IMG/VR virus record: IMGVR_UViG_3300032605_000070
Location: 1-36,413 of that record
Origin: a virus
Lineage: Duplodnaviria > Caudoviricetes
Length of the DNA: 36,413 nucleotides
Strand: one strand, 5' to 3'
Part shown: positions 1-9,900 of the stretch, piece by piece
How positions within the stretch are numbered: position 1 is the first letter of the stretch
Layout of the letters: each line of letters opens with the position of its first letter
The notes under the pieces: model-generated
Database searches by the model: none
What the model was told of the DNA's origin: nothing
Seen by the model: the letters and a program-made list of their open reading frames with translations, nothing else
Position numbers and translations under genes: made by a program

Positions 1-5
1 GATGT

Positions 6-446
6 ATGAGCCGACCTTTATATGAAACCCAACATGACCTTAATAACGAATTGGATGTTATTGAGCGTGTTGAGGATTTGTGGAATTGCAAATGCGTTAA
101 GTTGCCAATCAAATACAAACTCGATTTTGCAATCATGCGCGAGAATTTCATTGCGAGCTGGATGGAAATTAAAAGCCCAAAATATTCTATGGCTGATTTT
201 GCTCGGTTTGGTGGATTCTTTATTTCGCTCGAAAAATGGCAATCAGCTCGACAGCTTTATGAAACTACGGGTTTACCCTTCATTATGATTGTCAACGCTA
301 CGGACGGGATTTGGTACGCTGTTGTACAAGACTTTGATGATGTGAAAGGTTTTCGATTCCGGGGGCGCAAGGACCGGGACGATTGGCAAGACATGGAGCC
401 TTGCGCGGTACTTTGGATTAAAAACTTTCGACAATTAGGGAGATAA
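6..446 (+). CDS. putative PD-(D/E)XK-fold nuclease-like protein
   Basis: 146-aa ORF with 'LDFAI...WMEIKS' (D...ExK) spacing typical of restriction-endonuclease-fold phage proteins. Confidence 0.5.
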   Translation: MSRPLYETQHDLNNELDVIERVEDLWNCKCVKLPIKYKLDFAIMRENFIASWMEIKSPKYSMADFARFGGFFISLEKWQSARQLYETTGLPFIMIVNATDGIWYAVVQDFDDVKGFRFRGRKDRDDWQDMEPCAVLWIKNFRQLGR

Positions 447-447
447 A

Positions 448-663
448 ATGAATGTACCTTACAACACCGGTAAAGTAAAAATTGGCCTGAAATATGAGCC
501 AAAGCAAATTTACATTGAGCGCGATATTGACATGATCGCTTGGCAAAAAGTCATGCTTGGCGAAGATAAACCCAGTCCATTTCGTTATTTTTGGTACAAA
601 ATAATTTGCTGCGTCGGCGTTACTACTTACTTTTTATATTTATTCAATTCACTTTTTAAGTAA
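448..663 (+). CDS. hypothetical protein with C-terminal hydrophobic segment
   Basis: GGAG before ATG, 1 nt after the upstream stop; C-terminal IICCVGVTTYFLYLF; 3' end overlaps the convergent endolysin gene by 8 nt. Confidence 0.6.
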   Translation: MNVPYNTGKVKIGLKYEPKQIYIERDIDMIAWQKVMLGEDKPSPFRYFWYKIICCVGVTTYFLYLFNSLFK

Positions 664-1273
664 CTTGTAAGTATTTTTTCAATGCGTCGTATTTGGCAGA
701 TCGGTCCTCAATGCCATTTACGCCGCCATTGATGCGTTTAGTCATAGATTGAAAATCTCCCGCATCAGCATAAGCGTTAAGATTCCGGCTATTCCAAAAC
801 CAACCAGCAGACAAAGTAGCGCCAGTAGGAGTTTCGACCATCGTAGGATTGTCGATAGCATTGATGCCAGTAGCAGTCGCAAAGGACGTATAGTTGTCGC
901 GCCCTGTAATTTGGATAAGGCCGCGACCGCGATATTTCCAACCATCTCCCGAAGATTCATCGCCGTTCCCCATTCTGTTTGCATAAACTTTGTTAGCAAT
1001 GCGCTCCGGCTGCCGAGCAAATTCGTTAGCCAATTCGTCATTGGGAAAGTATTTGCCAAATATAGCTCGCAATGCAGCTGTCGAATAGTTCAAATTTTCA
1101 ACGGTAAATTTAAACCCACCGGATTCATGGGCGCATTGAGCAATAAAGCCAGCAATGCGTAATGGCGTATTTATTTCGTATTTTTCGCAGGTTTCCTGCA
1201 AAGAATCGGTCCAAATACTTGCTGTGACTTCATTACAAATACCGCTTTCAACCAGCAATTCTTTGGTTATCAC
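656..1273 (-). CDS. endolysin, glycoside hydrolase family 19
   Basis: Motifs FIAQCAHESGGF, ENLNYS, YANRMGNG, GDGWKYRGRGLIQITGRDNY, SAGWFW, TKRINGG; last gene of the lysis cassette; GTGA overlap with the upstream gene. Confidence 0.93.
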   Translation of the reverse strand: MITKELLVESGICNEVTASIWTDSLQETCEKYEINTPLRIAGFIAQCAHESGGFKFTVENLNYSTAALRAIFGKYFPNDELANEFARQPERIANKVYANRMGNGDESSGDGWKYRGRGLIQITGRDNYTSFATATGINAIDNPTMVETPTGATLSAGWFWNSRNLNAYADAGDFQSMTKRINGGVNGIEDRSAKYDALKKYLQVT

Positions 1274-1926
1274 TTCGCCATCTCCGTACTTGCAAGATTA
1301 ATACGAGCCTTTACTTGAGATACATCCTTTGGTGAAGTTACAAAACCGACAGCAATATATCCGACAAATTTACCCATTTCAGGTGGAATAGAACCCCTGC
1401 ACATATATGTCACACCATGTTTTATGGCAAATTCGCCAAGTTTTGATGCTGGAACGAATGGTTCACAGGAAACTTCACCTTGAAACATGGTAATGACGGA
1501 TTTGTTATGTTCAGGAATGCTAGTAAATAATGCGTTGATTGACCCTTCCAAGGCTTTATCTCTACCCTGATTGCTCAGTACCAACAATGTACTTCGGCTA
1601 TTTGCCTGAAGGTTTACAGCATTAACTATTACTACATCGGCACTTAGGTCGTACAACAAATTTTTAGATATTGCCTCGATTGCCGGTACTTCTTTCATTT
1701 CGGTTTTCTTTGATGCAATCGCACCCAAAATTACTTGCCGGGAATCCCAAGCAAAATAACCAGCAAATGCAATAAATGAAATTAGCACCACCGTAACTAA
1801 CTTAAACGGGCTGTCAATCCACTTAATTAAATCAACCACTTTATCGGCAAAATCTTGTTTAGGCGGTGGTCGTCTTGTAGTTCGTTTCACCGCCTTTTTA
1901 GCAACGGATTTTTTAGCCGTAACCAT
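1270..1926 (-). CDS. single-TM membrane protein with large C-terminal domain; candidate T4 T-like holin
   Basis: Basic N-terminus, one TM (LVTVVLISFIAFAGYFAW), ~155-aa alpha/beta C-terminal domain with two Cys; directly upstream of the endolysin. Confidence 0.5.
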   Translation of the reverse strand: MVTAKKSVAKKAVKRTTRRPPPKQDFADKVVDLIKWIDSPFKLVTVVLISFIAFAGYFAWDSRQVILGAIASKKTEMKEVPAIEAISKNLLYDLSADVVIVNAVNLQANSRSTLLVLSNQGRDKALEGSINALFTSIPEHNKSVITMFQGEVSCEPFVPASKLGEFAIKHGVTYMCRGSIPPEMGKFVGYIAVGFVTSPKDVSQVKARINLASTEMAK

Positions 1927-2327
1927 TATTTTGACGCAACGCCTTTGGATTTATCCAATGATCGTAATCCACCCATGCCAAGCATACCTAAAAGCACTTG
2001 CATCGTGAGAGTAGTATCGATCTGAGGAAATGCGCCGGTATAGCCCACTAGCGTTGCTACAAGCCTTGCTATCGGTTCAATGATGGCAACGTATCCCAAA
2101 CCAAACCCGCAAATCCATCCGCAAAATGGTCGCCATCCTGAAACAAATATCGAGCTGGAAGCGGCTTCCACTTTGTTGATATCCATCTGACCGCTAATCG
2201 CAGCCAAATCACCATCTTGCTGCATTTTAAGTAATGCGAGCTGTGCTTGTGCGGCTTGAGCCGGATCAGGGAATATACGCTGTATAAGCGTGTTTCCAAT
2301 GTTCAATAGGGCGCTAATTGGGTCCAT
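1926..2327 (-). CDS. holin, 3-TM gene-transfer-agent-type family (DUF3154-like)
   Basis: Motifs INKVEAASSSIFVSGWRPFCGW and LLGMLGMGGLRSLDK; position in lysis cassette. Confidence 0.85.
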   Translation of the reverse strand: MDPISALLNIGNTLIQRIFPDPAQAAQAQLALLKMQQDGDLAAISGQMDINKVEAASSSIFVSGWRPFCGWICGFGLGYVAIIEPIARLVATLVGYTGAFPQIDTTLTMQVLLGMLGMGGLRSLDKSKGVASK

Positions 2328-2581
2328 TACCTGTCCGCTTTGTTGTCTAGCTTATCGTAAACCTTATCCATCAATTGTTCGAGCCTGTCGAATCTTACAT
2401 TGATGTCGGATTTCAAACTATTTAAATCTACTTTTTTAACGTAGTTTTCTGAAACGTGAAGTTCAAGACCATTTACATCACGTTTTAATTCGTTGACAGC
2501 TTCCCATAGTTGGCGAGCAAACCATCCGATGACTGATAGCGCCGCAGCGCCGACAAAGTTAATGACTTGCTGCCAATCCAT
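2327..2581 (-). CDS. small N-terminal-TM coiled-coil protein (holin/antiholin or XhlA-like)
   Basis: ATG at 2581 preceded by AAGGA; MDWQQVINFVGAAALSVIGWF then heptad pattern ending KLDNKADR. Confidence 0.65.
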   Translation of the reverse strand: MDWQQVINFVGAAALSVIGWFARQLWEAVNELKRDVNGLELHVSENYVKKVDLNSLKSDINVRFDRLEQLMDKVYDKLDNKADR

Positions 2582-2591
2582 GTTGATTTCC

Positions 2592-2786
2592 TTATTGAGC
2601 TGCTGGTGCTGCTGATGACTCAGCTGCTTTTTCAGTTGCTGCTTTAGCGGCTGCAATTGCGTCCATTTGTGGGCCGACTACTTCACGAAATGGATTTGCA
2701 AGACCGGCTACTTCTGCAAAAGGGCGGCTGGCAATGTAATTCCAAATGGAGTTTGCAAGGTCAGCACTAATAGTGATTGGTTCCAT
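2592..2786 (-). CDS. small hypothetical protein
   Basis: ATG at 2786 preceded by GAGGA; 64 aa (MEPITISADLANSIWNYIASRPFAEV...). Confidence 0.65.
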   Translation of the reverse strand: MEPITISADLANSIWNYIASRPFAEVAGLANPFREVVGPQMDAIAAAKAATEKAAESSAAPAAQ

Positions 2787-2828
2787 GATTGTCCTCAAAG
2801 TTAACGGGAAGTCCCCGGTAAATTATAG

Positions 2829-4112
2829 TCACAAATTGTTGGCGTAGAAACCAGTTTTTCCCGTACTTGGAAACGAATAATTCCAGCCCGGTGCAATATT
2901 TCCCGATACCCAATTAAAGTTGTCTTGTGCAATCGCAATAAATGTACTCGAACCAGTTCCTTTGTCCAATACCCGATTGCCTGACAAATACGCACGATTG
3001 CCCGAAAGGATATTAATGATCGGGTTTTTGTATGTAATGTTCGGTTGCGTTTGCATCACATTGTTTGTGCAATGGATGTTATTTGGATTCGAGCTGGCTG
3101 CGACACCGATCAATTGAAAGTTTGCTGATTGCGCCTCAAATCGACAATTATTGACTTGAATCGAATCAATTGCCATATTGCCGCCAACCGATATTTGCGT
3201 CCCATTATTGAAATTGAAGTATGAGTTATCAATTTGCAATGATCCGCCGGTCATGTTTTCCAGCAGCATAAATGGTTGAGATTGTGCGCTTGCAAAATAA
3301 CAATTAGAAAACTGAAGAAATCCACCCGTTTGCAATACGCCTTGCAAAGGATTGCCGCCTTCCATCGTGATGTATGAATTGACGGCCTGAAGCGATCCAG
3401 CTGACATTTGAATACCATTGAATGTATCAAAGCCTGAATTGCTCATGTATATCCAAGGTGCGCCAGTAGCCCCTTCATAGATATTCATGCCAAGGTTGGA
3501 AATGTTCAAAAATTCGTCGATAAATAATCCATCGACCCGACCTATATCTAGCGCTTTCGTACCCTGCGAATAAAAAATGCTCGCCTGATTCGATGTCATA
3601 TCAAAATTCCAAAAATGGAATTGATTGAGTCGAACCGTATCCATCGAGCCGTCAATTTGAATGCCCGTTTGATACGCTGACATTTCTAATAAATTAATAA
3701 ATGCGCCGCCGCAATTGCCACGCATATCAATGCCATTCGTCGCATTGGTAATTTTCATGTTGGTAATAGTAAAACGTGCGGTATTTTGAGCGTAAATCGC
3801 CACTGGATAGTTAATCAGGTTTGTTCTGACATTGGTGTCAGGCTGACTAAAATAAATACCAAAGTTTTGCAGCTGTGGGCCTTCCTCGCCGCTTGCAAAA
3901 ATAATTACACCTTGTGAATGAACAAAACCCGAACCTACATTGATTTGAGTAGCTGCACGACCATTACCTGATAGTATTTGCCCGGCATGATTGATAGTTA
4001 ACGCGTTACTAATATTAAATTCACCAACATCAAGGCAAACATGATCGCCCGAATTTAACGCTGTTTGTATTGATGCCGTATCATCGCCGCCCGATGGGGA
4101 TATATTTATCAC
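2829..4112 (-). CDS. pectate-lyase-like parallel beta-helix protein (putative depolymerase)
   Basis: N-terminal GGDDTASIQTALNSG...GEFNIS...LSGNG typical of Pectate_lyase_3-type starts; Asn/Ile-rich beta repeats throughout. Confidence 0.75.
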   Translation of the reverse strand: MINISPSGGDDTASIQTALNSGDHVCLDVGEFNISNALTINHAGQILSGNGRAATQINVGSGFVHSQGVIIFASGEEGPQLQNFGIYFSQPDTNVRTNLINYPVAIYAQNTARFTITNMKITNATNGIDMRGNCGGAFINLLEMSAYQTGIQIDGSMDTVRLNQFHFWNFDMTSNQASIFYSQGTKALDIGRVDGLFIDEFLNISNLGMNIYEGATGAPWIYMSNSGFDTFNGIQMSAGSLQAVNSYITMEGGNPLQGVLQTGGFLQFSNCYFASAQSQPFMLLENMTGGSLQIDNSYFNFNNGTQISVGGNMAIDSIQVNNCRFEAQSANFQLIGVAASSNPNNIHCTNNVMQTQPNITYKNPIINILSGNRAYLSGNRVLDKGTGSSTFIAIAQDNFNWVSGNIAPGWNYSFPSTGKTGFYANNL

Positions 4113-4327
4113 GATATTATTGCCGTTGAAGTTTCACGATCAATGGTCATTGTCCCTTCGCATAGCATATTCCAATCTTCGCCGTCGCGCTCGGATACAC
4201 AAGGTACATTCACCTGGAAATTTTTAAATAGATATTCTTTACCATCCTCAAATACTCGCCAAACATGATCTACCGTACCGCGACCCGGTTGACCGCGAGA
4301 TTTGTTGAATCTAATTTGGTATTTCAT
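4109..4327 (-). CDS. hypothetical protein
   Basis: 72-aa ORF coupled on both sides (ATGA and GTGA overlaps). Confidence 0.75.
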   Translation of the reverse strand: MKYQIRFNKSRGQPGRGTVDHVWRVFEDGKEYLFKNFQVNVPCVSERDGEDWNMLCEGTMTIDRETSTAIIS

Positions 4328-4971
4328 ATCACTTCAGCAGCCGTTGATTCTTTTCCAAAGTTGGGATTTGGAATGACATTTAGATTAAAGTGAATAAAAT
4401 TAAATGGTTTGAGCGATTCATTTCTAGTAAAAGAATGCGGCAACCATGAATTTGCAAAGAAAAACATTCCTTCTTGCGGAGCAAAATTAATCATTGTGCT
4501 GGCAGGAGTTGCGTTTTCAATGTTGCTCTCAGTCAAATTAATTTGTACTTTCCCCGGTCTTGGATCGTGAATAACAATTTTTGGACTATTTTGCGGACAA
4601 TCTAAAAAGTAAAACCCTACCAATTGAACGCCGTTATTGTGAACGTGCTGTTCCATTTGTGAGTATTTATTGTATCGTTGACCCCACATGGATTCATAAG
4701 CAACCCACTTATCCTCCATTTTGTAGCCCTGAGAATCCAAAATATTCCACCCCGTCGCAGTGGCATATTTTAAAAAATCAATAATGGATTCTTCATTGGT
4801 TAGATCATCGGTCATTATTGGATGATCTGTTTTTTTACTTTTTTTTATTTTTGAAAGGTGTGCTTTAAATACAGTTTTTACACCGTCTAAAAATTCCGGT
4901 TTTTCAATTGTGTAAATTAATGTTGGAAAGTAATTTGCAACCGATAATTGATTACTAAGTGGATTGTCCAT
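4324..4971 (-). CDS. putative 2OG-Fe(II) oxygenase (TIGR02466-like)
   Basis: FPTLIY start; HVH..LVGFYFL, HDPRPG, PQEG.FFF.SWLPH double-stranded beta-helix motifs. Confidence 0.8.
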   Translation of the reverse strand: MDNPLSNQLSVANYFPTLIYTIEKPEFLDGVKTVFKAHLSKIKKSKKTDHPIMTDDLTNEESIIDFLKYATATGWNILDSQGYKMEDKWVAYESMWGQRYNKYSQMEQHVHNNGVQLVGFYFLDCPQNSPKIVIHDPRPGKVQINLTESNIENATPASTMINFAPQEGMFFFANSWLPHSFTRNESLKPFNFIHFNLNVIPNPNFGKESTAAEVI

Positions 4972-5389
4972 TATTTGTCGTCACAAGTGGTGTCGGGATA
5001 ATCCATGATAAAGATGGTTCATCCCAAACGTACAATTTCGGAGGGGTCCCGGTCCCCGAATCTGCCGGTAATGCTACTGGTGTAGTCCAAGTCCAATTTG
5101 GAGATGAAATCTTCCAGCTTGGATAGGGCTGTGGTGGATAGAATACATCATTTACTTGATCGTATGTAAATCCAATACCAGCATAATTAGCTCGCAAAAC
5201 AACACCACCATCGGGCGTATTGCTGTCAGCAGCATAGTGAATGCCACCACGAGTGTTATAGCTAGTCTTAATCCATGCTGAAGGATTTCCCCACAATCCA
5301 GTATCGATTTGATCTTGTTCGATAACAATGACGTTTTCGACAATACCTTTTCCATCGACAATATTTGGAACGAATGCAAAGTGACTCAT
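4955..5389 (-). CDS. Trp/Pro-rich tail-fibre-associated protein (possible assembly chaperone or adaptor)
   Basis: MSHFA...WIKTSYN...RANYAGIGFTYD..DVFYPPQPYPSW...YVWDE..LSW; ATGA-coupled to the glycine-rich gene. Confidence 0.6.
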   Translation of the reverse strand: MSHFAFVPNIVDGKGIVENVIVIEQDQIDTGLWGNPSAWIKTSYNTRGGIHYAADSNTPDGGVVLRANYAGIGFTYDQVNDVFYPPQPYPSWKISSPNWTWTTPVALPADSGTGTPPKLYVWDEPSLSWIIPTPLVTTNNGQST

Positions 5390-6999
5390 GCTGTATAACT
5401 CCCTGATGAAGTAAATTTCAATATCGTATTTGAACCGCTGGTTGTAACCGTCGGTGAACCTGTCGTTGTGCCAGTATATTTTGCCGTAGGAATAGACATA
5501 ATAAACACACCCGATCCACCAGCTGCGCCGCCACTAGAACCACCACCACCTCCGCCGCCGCCAGTGTTAGCTGTACCAGCCGTACCAGCACCGCCCGATG
5601 ATCCTCCCGTACCGCCGCCGCCTGACCCACCAGTACCACCTGCTCCTGATTGAGTTCCGCCGCCACCACCTCCGGCGTATGTAACGCATGACCCGGTGAT
5701 ATTTGATGTTGCGCCCGATCCACCATTGCCGGGATAACTACCCAAAGCATTGCCAGCACTACCAGCGCCACCACCACCACCTGAACGATAGGTATAAGGA
5801 TAACCTGCACCGTCGCCATAACCACCATCATTACCTTGGAAGGCAGTACCACGCGCACCTTTTTGTGGGTTACAAGCGTAACCACCTGAATAAGCTCCGC
5901 CGCCTGATCCACCAATACCGGCTAAATAACTTGAGCCTGTTCCACCACCAGCACCCCCACCCAAAGCAGTAACGCCAAAAGCTGTGGAATTTGAACCGTT
6001 AGAGCTTGCCGAGCCACCTGCGCCAATAGTAATTGTATAAGTTGTACCCGAAGCCAAACCAATTTTCATTGGTATAAAGCCACCAGCACCACCGCCACCA
6101 CCACTCACGCCGGAAGTAAAACTACCTCCCCCCCCACCTGCAATAAGTAATGCTGTGCCGGTATAGGATGGGGTAAATGGCGTTAATGTACCTGATGATG
6201 AAAATAAATGACCAGTGTTGCCGCTAATGCAAAGGACCACACCACCTGAATATTTTTGAGCGCCACAGTAAGAAATAATGGCAACGCCAGCTCCACCAGC
6301 AGATGCGCCAGTACCATAAGTACTACCAGCCCCACCGCCGCCACCGCCACCAAGATTAGGCACACCAGCGACCGAATGAATCCAATCTGTACCACCTGAA
6401 CCACCGCCTCCATTTCCTCCAGCTGACGGGGTAGTCAAGTTTGATTCTGTGCCGCCGCCACCACCACCGGCGAAATACGTTGATGTTCCTGTAATAGAGC
6501 TTGCATAGCCAACACCACCAGCACCACCTACGCCCGTACAAGGAGCTGCTCTTGAGCCAGCACCACCAGCTCCGCCGCCGCCACCACCGGGATAAGTATA
6601 TGGATAACCTGCGCCATCACCTCCGCCACCCGCATAGCCTTGACCCGATGTACCAGCACCACCTGTCGTTACCGTACTATATGAGCCACCACCTGAACCG
6701 CCTGTGCCGCCTGTGCTATTACCAGCATAACCACCACGACCGCCGCCAGTTGCAGTAATGCCGCCTAATACGGAATTAGAACCTTGAGTATTTGTAGCGC
6801 CACCAGCGCCGATCGTGACTGTCGTGGCACAAGTGTTAGATATTGCGGTATTACCAAATAAAAGACCACCAGCACCGCCACCGCCACCGGGGACGTTACA
6901 AAAGAATCCACCGCCACCGCCTCCGGCAACAACTAAATATGTTGCAGAATAAGTAACTGGTTTACCGGAACCAGCGAGGAGCATCTGAATAATACTCAC
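5386..6999 (-). CDS. glycine-rich protein with two tandem polyglycine domains (putative fibre-tip adhesin)
   Basis: Two copies of the unit L(V/I)(V/A)AGGGGG...GGGGGAGG...NxGGGGGG...F(S/T)SSG; GTGA overlap with the long fibre gene. Confidence 0.75.
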   Translation of the reverse strand: MSIIQMLLAGSGKPVTYSATYLVVAGGGGGGFFCNVPGGGGGAGGLLFGNTAISNTCATTVTIGAGGATNTQGSNSVLGGITATGGGRGGYAGNSTGGTGGSGGGSYSTVTTGGAGTSGQGYAGGGGDGAGYPYTYPGGGGGGAGGAGSRAAPCTGVGGAGGVGYASSITGTSTYFAGGGGGGTESNLTTPSAGGNGGGGSGGTDWIHSVAGVPNLGGGGGGGAGSTYGTGASAGGAGVAIISYCGAQKYSGGVVLCISGNTGHLFSSSGTLTPFTPSYTGTALLIAGGGGGSFTSGVSGGGGGAGGFIPMKIGLASGTTYTITIGAGGSASSNGSNSTAFGVTALGGGAGGGTGSSYLAGIGGSGGGAYSGGYACNPQKGARGTAFQGNDGGYGDGAGYPYTYRSGGGGGAGSAGNALGSYPGNGGSGATSNITGSCVTYAGGGGGGTQSGAGGTGGSGGGGTGGSSGGAGTAGTANTGGGGGGGGSSGGAAGGSGVFIMSIPTAKYTGTTTGSPTVTTSGSNTILKFTSSGSYTA

Positions 7000-9900
7000 G
7001 ATACATTTCCGCTAATTACGCAAAGTGTTGATGTAATAAATAAAATAGTAGCTACACCGTATGTTGCAAGAGATACGGATGTTTTGTTTGTTCCGCTACC
7101 TGCAATGTACGCATTTGATGTTGAGCAAGTTACTGTAATGCTACCGCCTGTTTGATTAAACAGAGAAATAATATCGCCAGTTGAAAACGTCGAATTTGGA
7201 ATGGTGATTGATCCACCTGAACCAATCAGAATGTATTGACCGACATCAGTAGTAGCCAATGTATAACTTGTGGTCTTGGATGATCCTGATTGTGGTACTG
7301 CGCGGATCTTTCCGTAAGCATCAGAAATTGTCGTTCCGTTAAATGTCAGATTTGAGCTAAATGCTGTCGAACCTGAACCGGATTGATACGGTATTTGGTT
7401 AGCAGAACCACCAGCAATGTTGGTTGCGGTCGTTGCGTTTGTTGCATTGGTTGCATTTGTTGCGTTTGTAACGGCAGTCGTACCAATAACGCTAACCACT
7501 TGAGCAGCAGTTGCAGCAGTAAATGCCGACGTACCATTACCGTAAGCCAAACCTGTCAGTGTAGATACACCCGTTCCGCCATAGGTAACTCCAATTGTTG
7601 AACCATTCCAAGTCGAAGTCGTAATAACGCCGCTTGAAGATAAAGTTAACAATGCAGTTGTTCCGACACCACCGTTATAAATTGTTAAACCATCGCCTGT
7701 GCCGACGCTAATACGTCCAACGCCCGTTGCGTAATCAACAACAATACCGTCACTATATGAGCCACCATAAGAACCACTTGAATACAAACCGTTACTTGCA
7801 ACAATGCTGGTTGCGGTAGCTGCGCCCAATGATGGTGTGGTCAATGATGGGCTGGTTGCCAATACAACGCTGCCCGATCCGGTTGTGCTTGCGCTTGATG
7901 CCGCCGTTAATTGTCCTTGAGCATTAACTGTCAAACTTGCAAGCGTATAAGAACCAGCGGTGACAGCTGTATTCGAAAGTGCAATTGTTACGCCAGCCGA
8001 ACCGTTGTAAGACGTACCGGACAAACCTGTACCAATCGTCAAAGTGTTTAAATTCAATCCAAGAGCCACGCCCGAAATAGTCGAATTGGTCAATGCGCTA
8101 TTTGGGATGTTGCTAAAAGTATTTGACGCACCGGACATTGTTTTATTGGTCAATGTCTGAATCCCGGTCAATGTTGCAACGACAGTCGTATCAATTGCAA
8201 TCGTGACAGCAGACGCGCCTGTATAACTTGTGCCAGTAAGCCCCGTACCGATTGTTAACGCGTTTGGATTGGCAGCTGTAATCGTGCCTGAACCACCAAG
8301 ACTAATTGCTGTTCCGTTGACCGTAACTGATGAATTCGCCAATTGAGCATTTGTAATCGTGCCACTGAGCGCAGTCGTAGGAATGGTTGTCGATGCGGTC
8401 ATAGCGCTTGTGCCATTGCCATAGACATAACCAGTTAAAGTCGTTGCACCCGTACCGCCCGACGCTGCTCCCAAAGTACCGGCAAGCGTTACAGCGCCGG
8501 TTGTCGATGTTGATGGGGTTAACCCTGATAACGACGTTTGGAATGATGAAACGCCAGTTCCACCACCATTTGATGCAGCGGTCACTCGGCCTTGAGCGTC
8601 AACCGTAATATTCGCGCTGGTATAGCTTCCGGCAGTAACAGTCGTATTGGTCAATGCAATCGTTGTTGCATTTGATCCGTTATACGATGTTCCCGATAAT
8701 CCTGTGCCAATAGTCAAAGTCGCTAAATTACTTCCAAGCGAAATGCCGGAAATAGTGCTATTTGCCAATTGTGAGTTGGTAATCGTACCTGAAAGAACTG
8801 TAGTAGGAATGGTCGTGCTGGCAGTCATTGCGCCAGTTCCATTGCCATACACATAGCCTGTCAGCGTTGTCGCTCCTGTGCCGCCATTTGGTACGCCCAA
8901 CGTACCAATAATGCTAGACGCATTGGTATATACGTTACGTACTGACGTAAAGAATTGACCGCTTGATGCGCTAGTGACGCAAAATCCAACCCGCACAGCA
9001 TAATTTGGTGCAGTTGGCTGAGTGGTAATTAAGTTACCGGCAACCGCATAATCCAAATATAGGGTTTGACCAGCTGTAAATCCGGTCGTGTTGTAACCCA
9101 TAACATCACCAAGAATAACAACATATCCATTTGATGACGCAGAAATATTTTGGTTAGCAACACCGATGACGTTTGAAGTTGTAAGGCTATTTGCTTGAGC
9201 AAGCGCAATTGTTGGCAAACCACCGGATTGACCGGTAATGTAAACAGGCTGGCCCAAATTAATTGTTGACCCAGTATTGTTATAAACCTGCAACTGCACT
9301 TCTTGACCAATTACAATTTCATTATTTGTTACTCCATTGTAATAAGCCAATCCATCAGCAACACCGTCATACCAAACTTTGCCTTTCAAATAACTTGGCG
9401 CGGTTGATTGACTTGTAAATATTTCATCATCTGAAATAGTGGGTTGACTTAGTGTCGGAGTTGTCGCACGAACAAATGTACCCGAACCCGTTCCGGTGTA
9501 TTCCGAGCTGGTCAAATGGTAATACTGATTAGCTGTACCGCCCTGTAAACCCGACAATTGATTGTGTTGAGTAACTAATGGCGTTACCACGTTCGATGCG
9601 TATTGAGTGCCGTTATATACAGCCGTAACCGTTGTGTTACCTGTCGATGTTGTAAAACCAATTCCGCCCAACGAATCCGTCGAATTAATCGTAAACGCTG
9701 GTTGAGTTGTTTGAACAATATACAAACCATAATTAGGCGTAATGTTTGTAATATTTGGTGAAGTCACCCCAAACAATAAATTCCAAACCGAACCTGATAC
9801 CGCCGTTTCGTTTGCGTATGTGCTTGGTACAGTAATCGTAACAACAGTATTTGATGACTTAGCGGTAATCTGATACAAGCCTTGCGGTGTTTGAATATAC

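Noticed and set aside
2582-2656. Longer upstream starts in the ORF track (also 15632, 21020 and 28243)
   Set aside because: They overlap upstream genes; downstream starts at 2581, 15602, 21017 and 28207 have an RBS or stop/start coupling
5468-6758. Plus-strand Pro/His-rich ORFs (also 14983-15183)
   Set aside because: Antisense shadows of GGN-rich glycine codons
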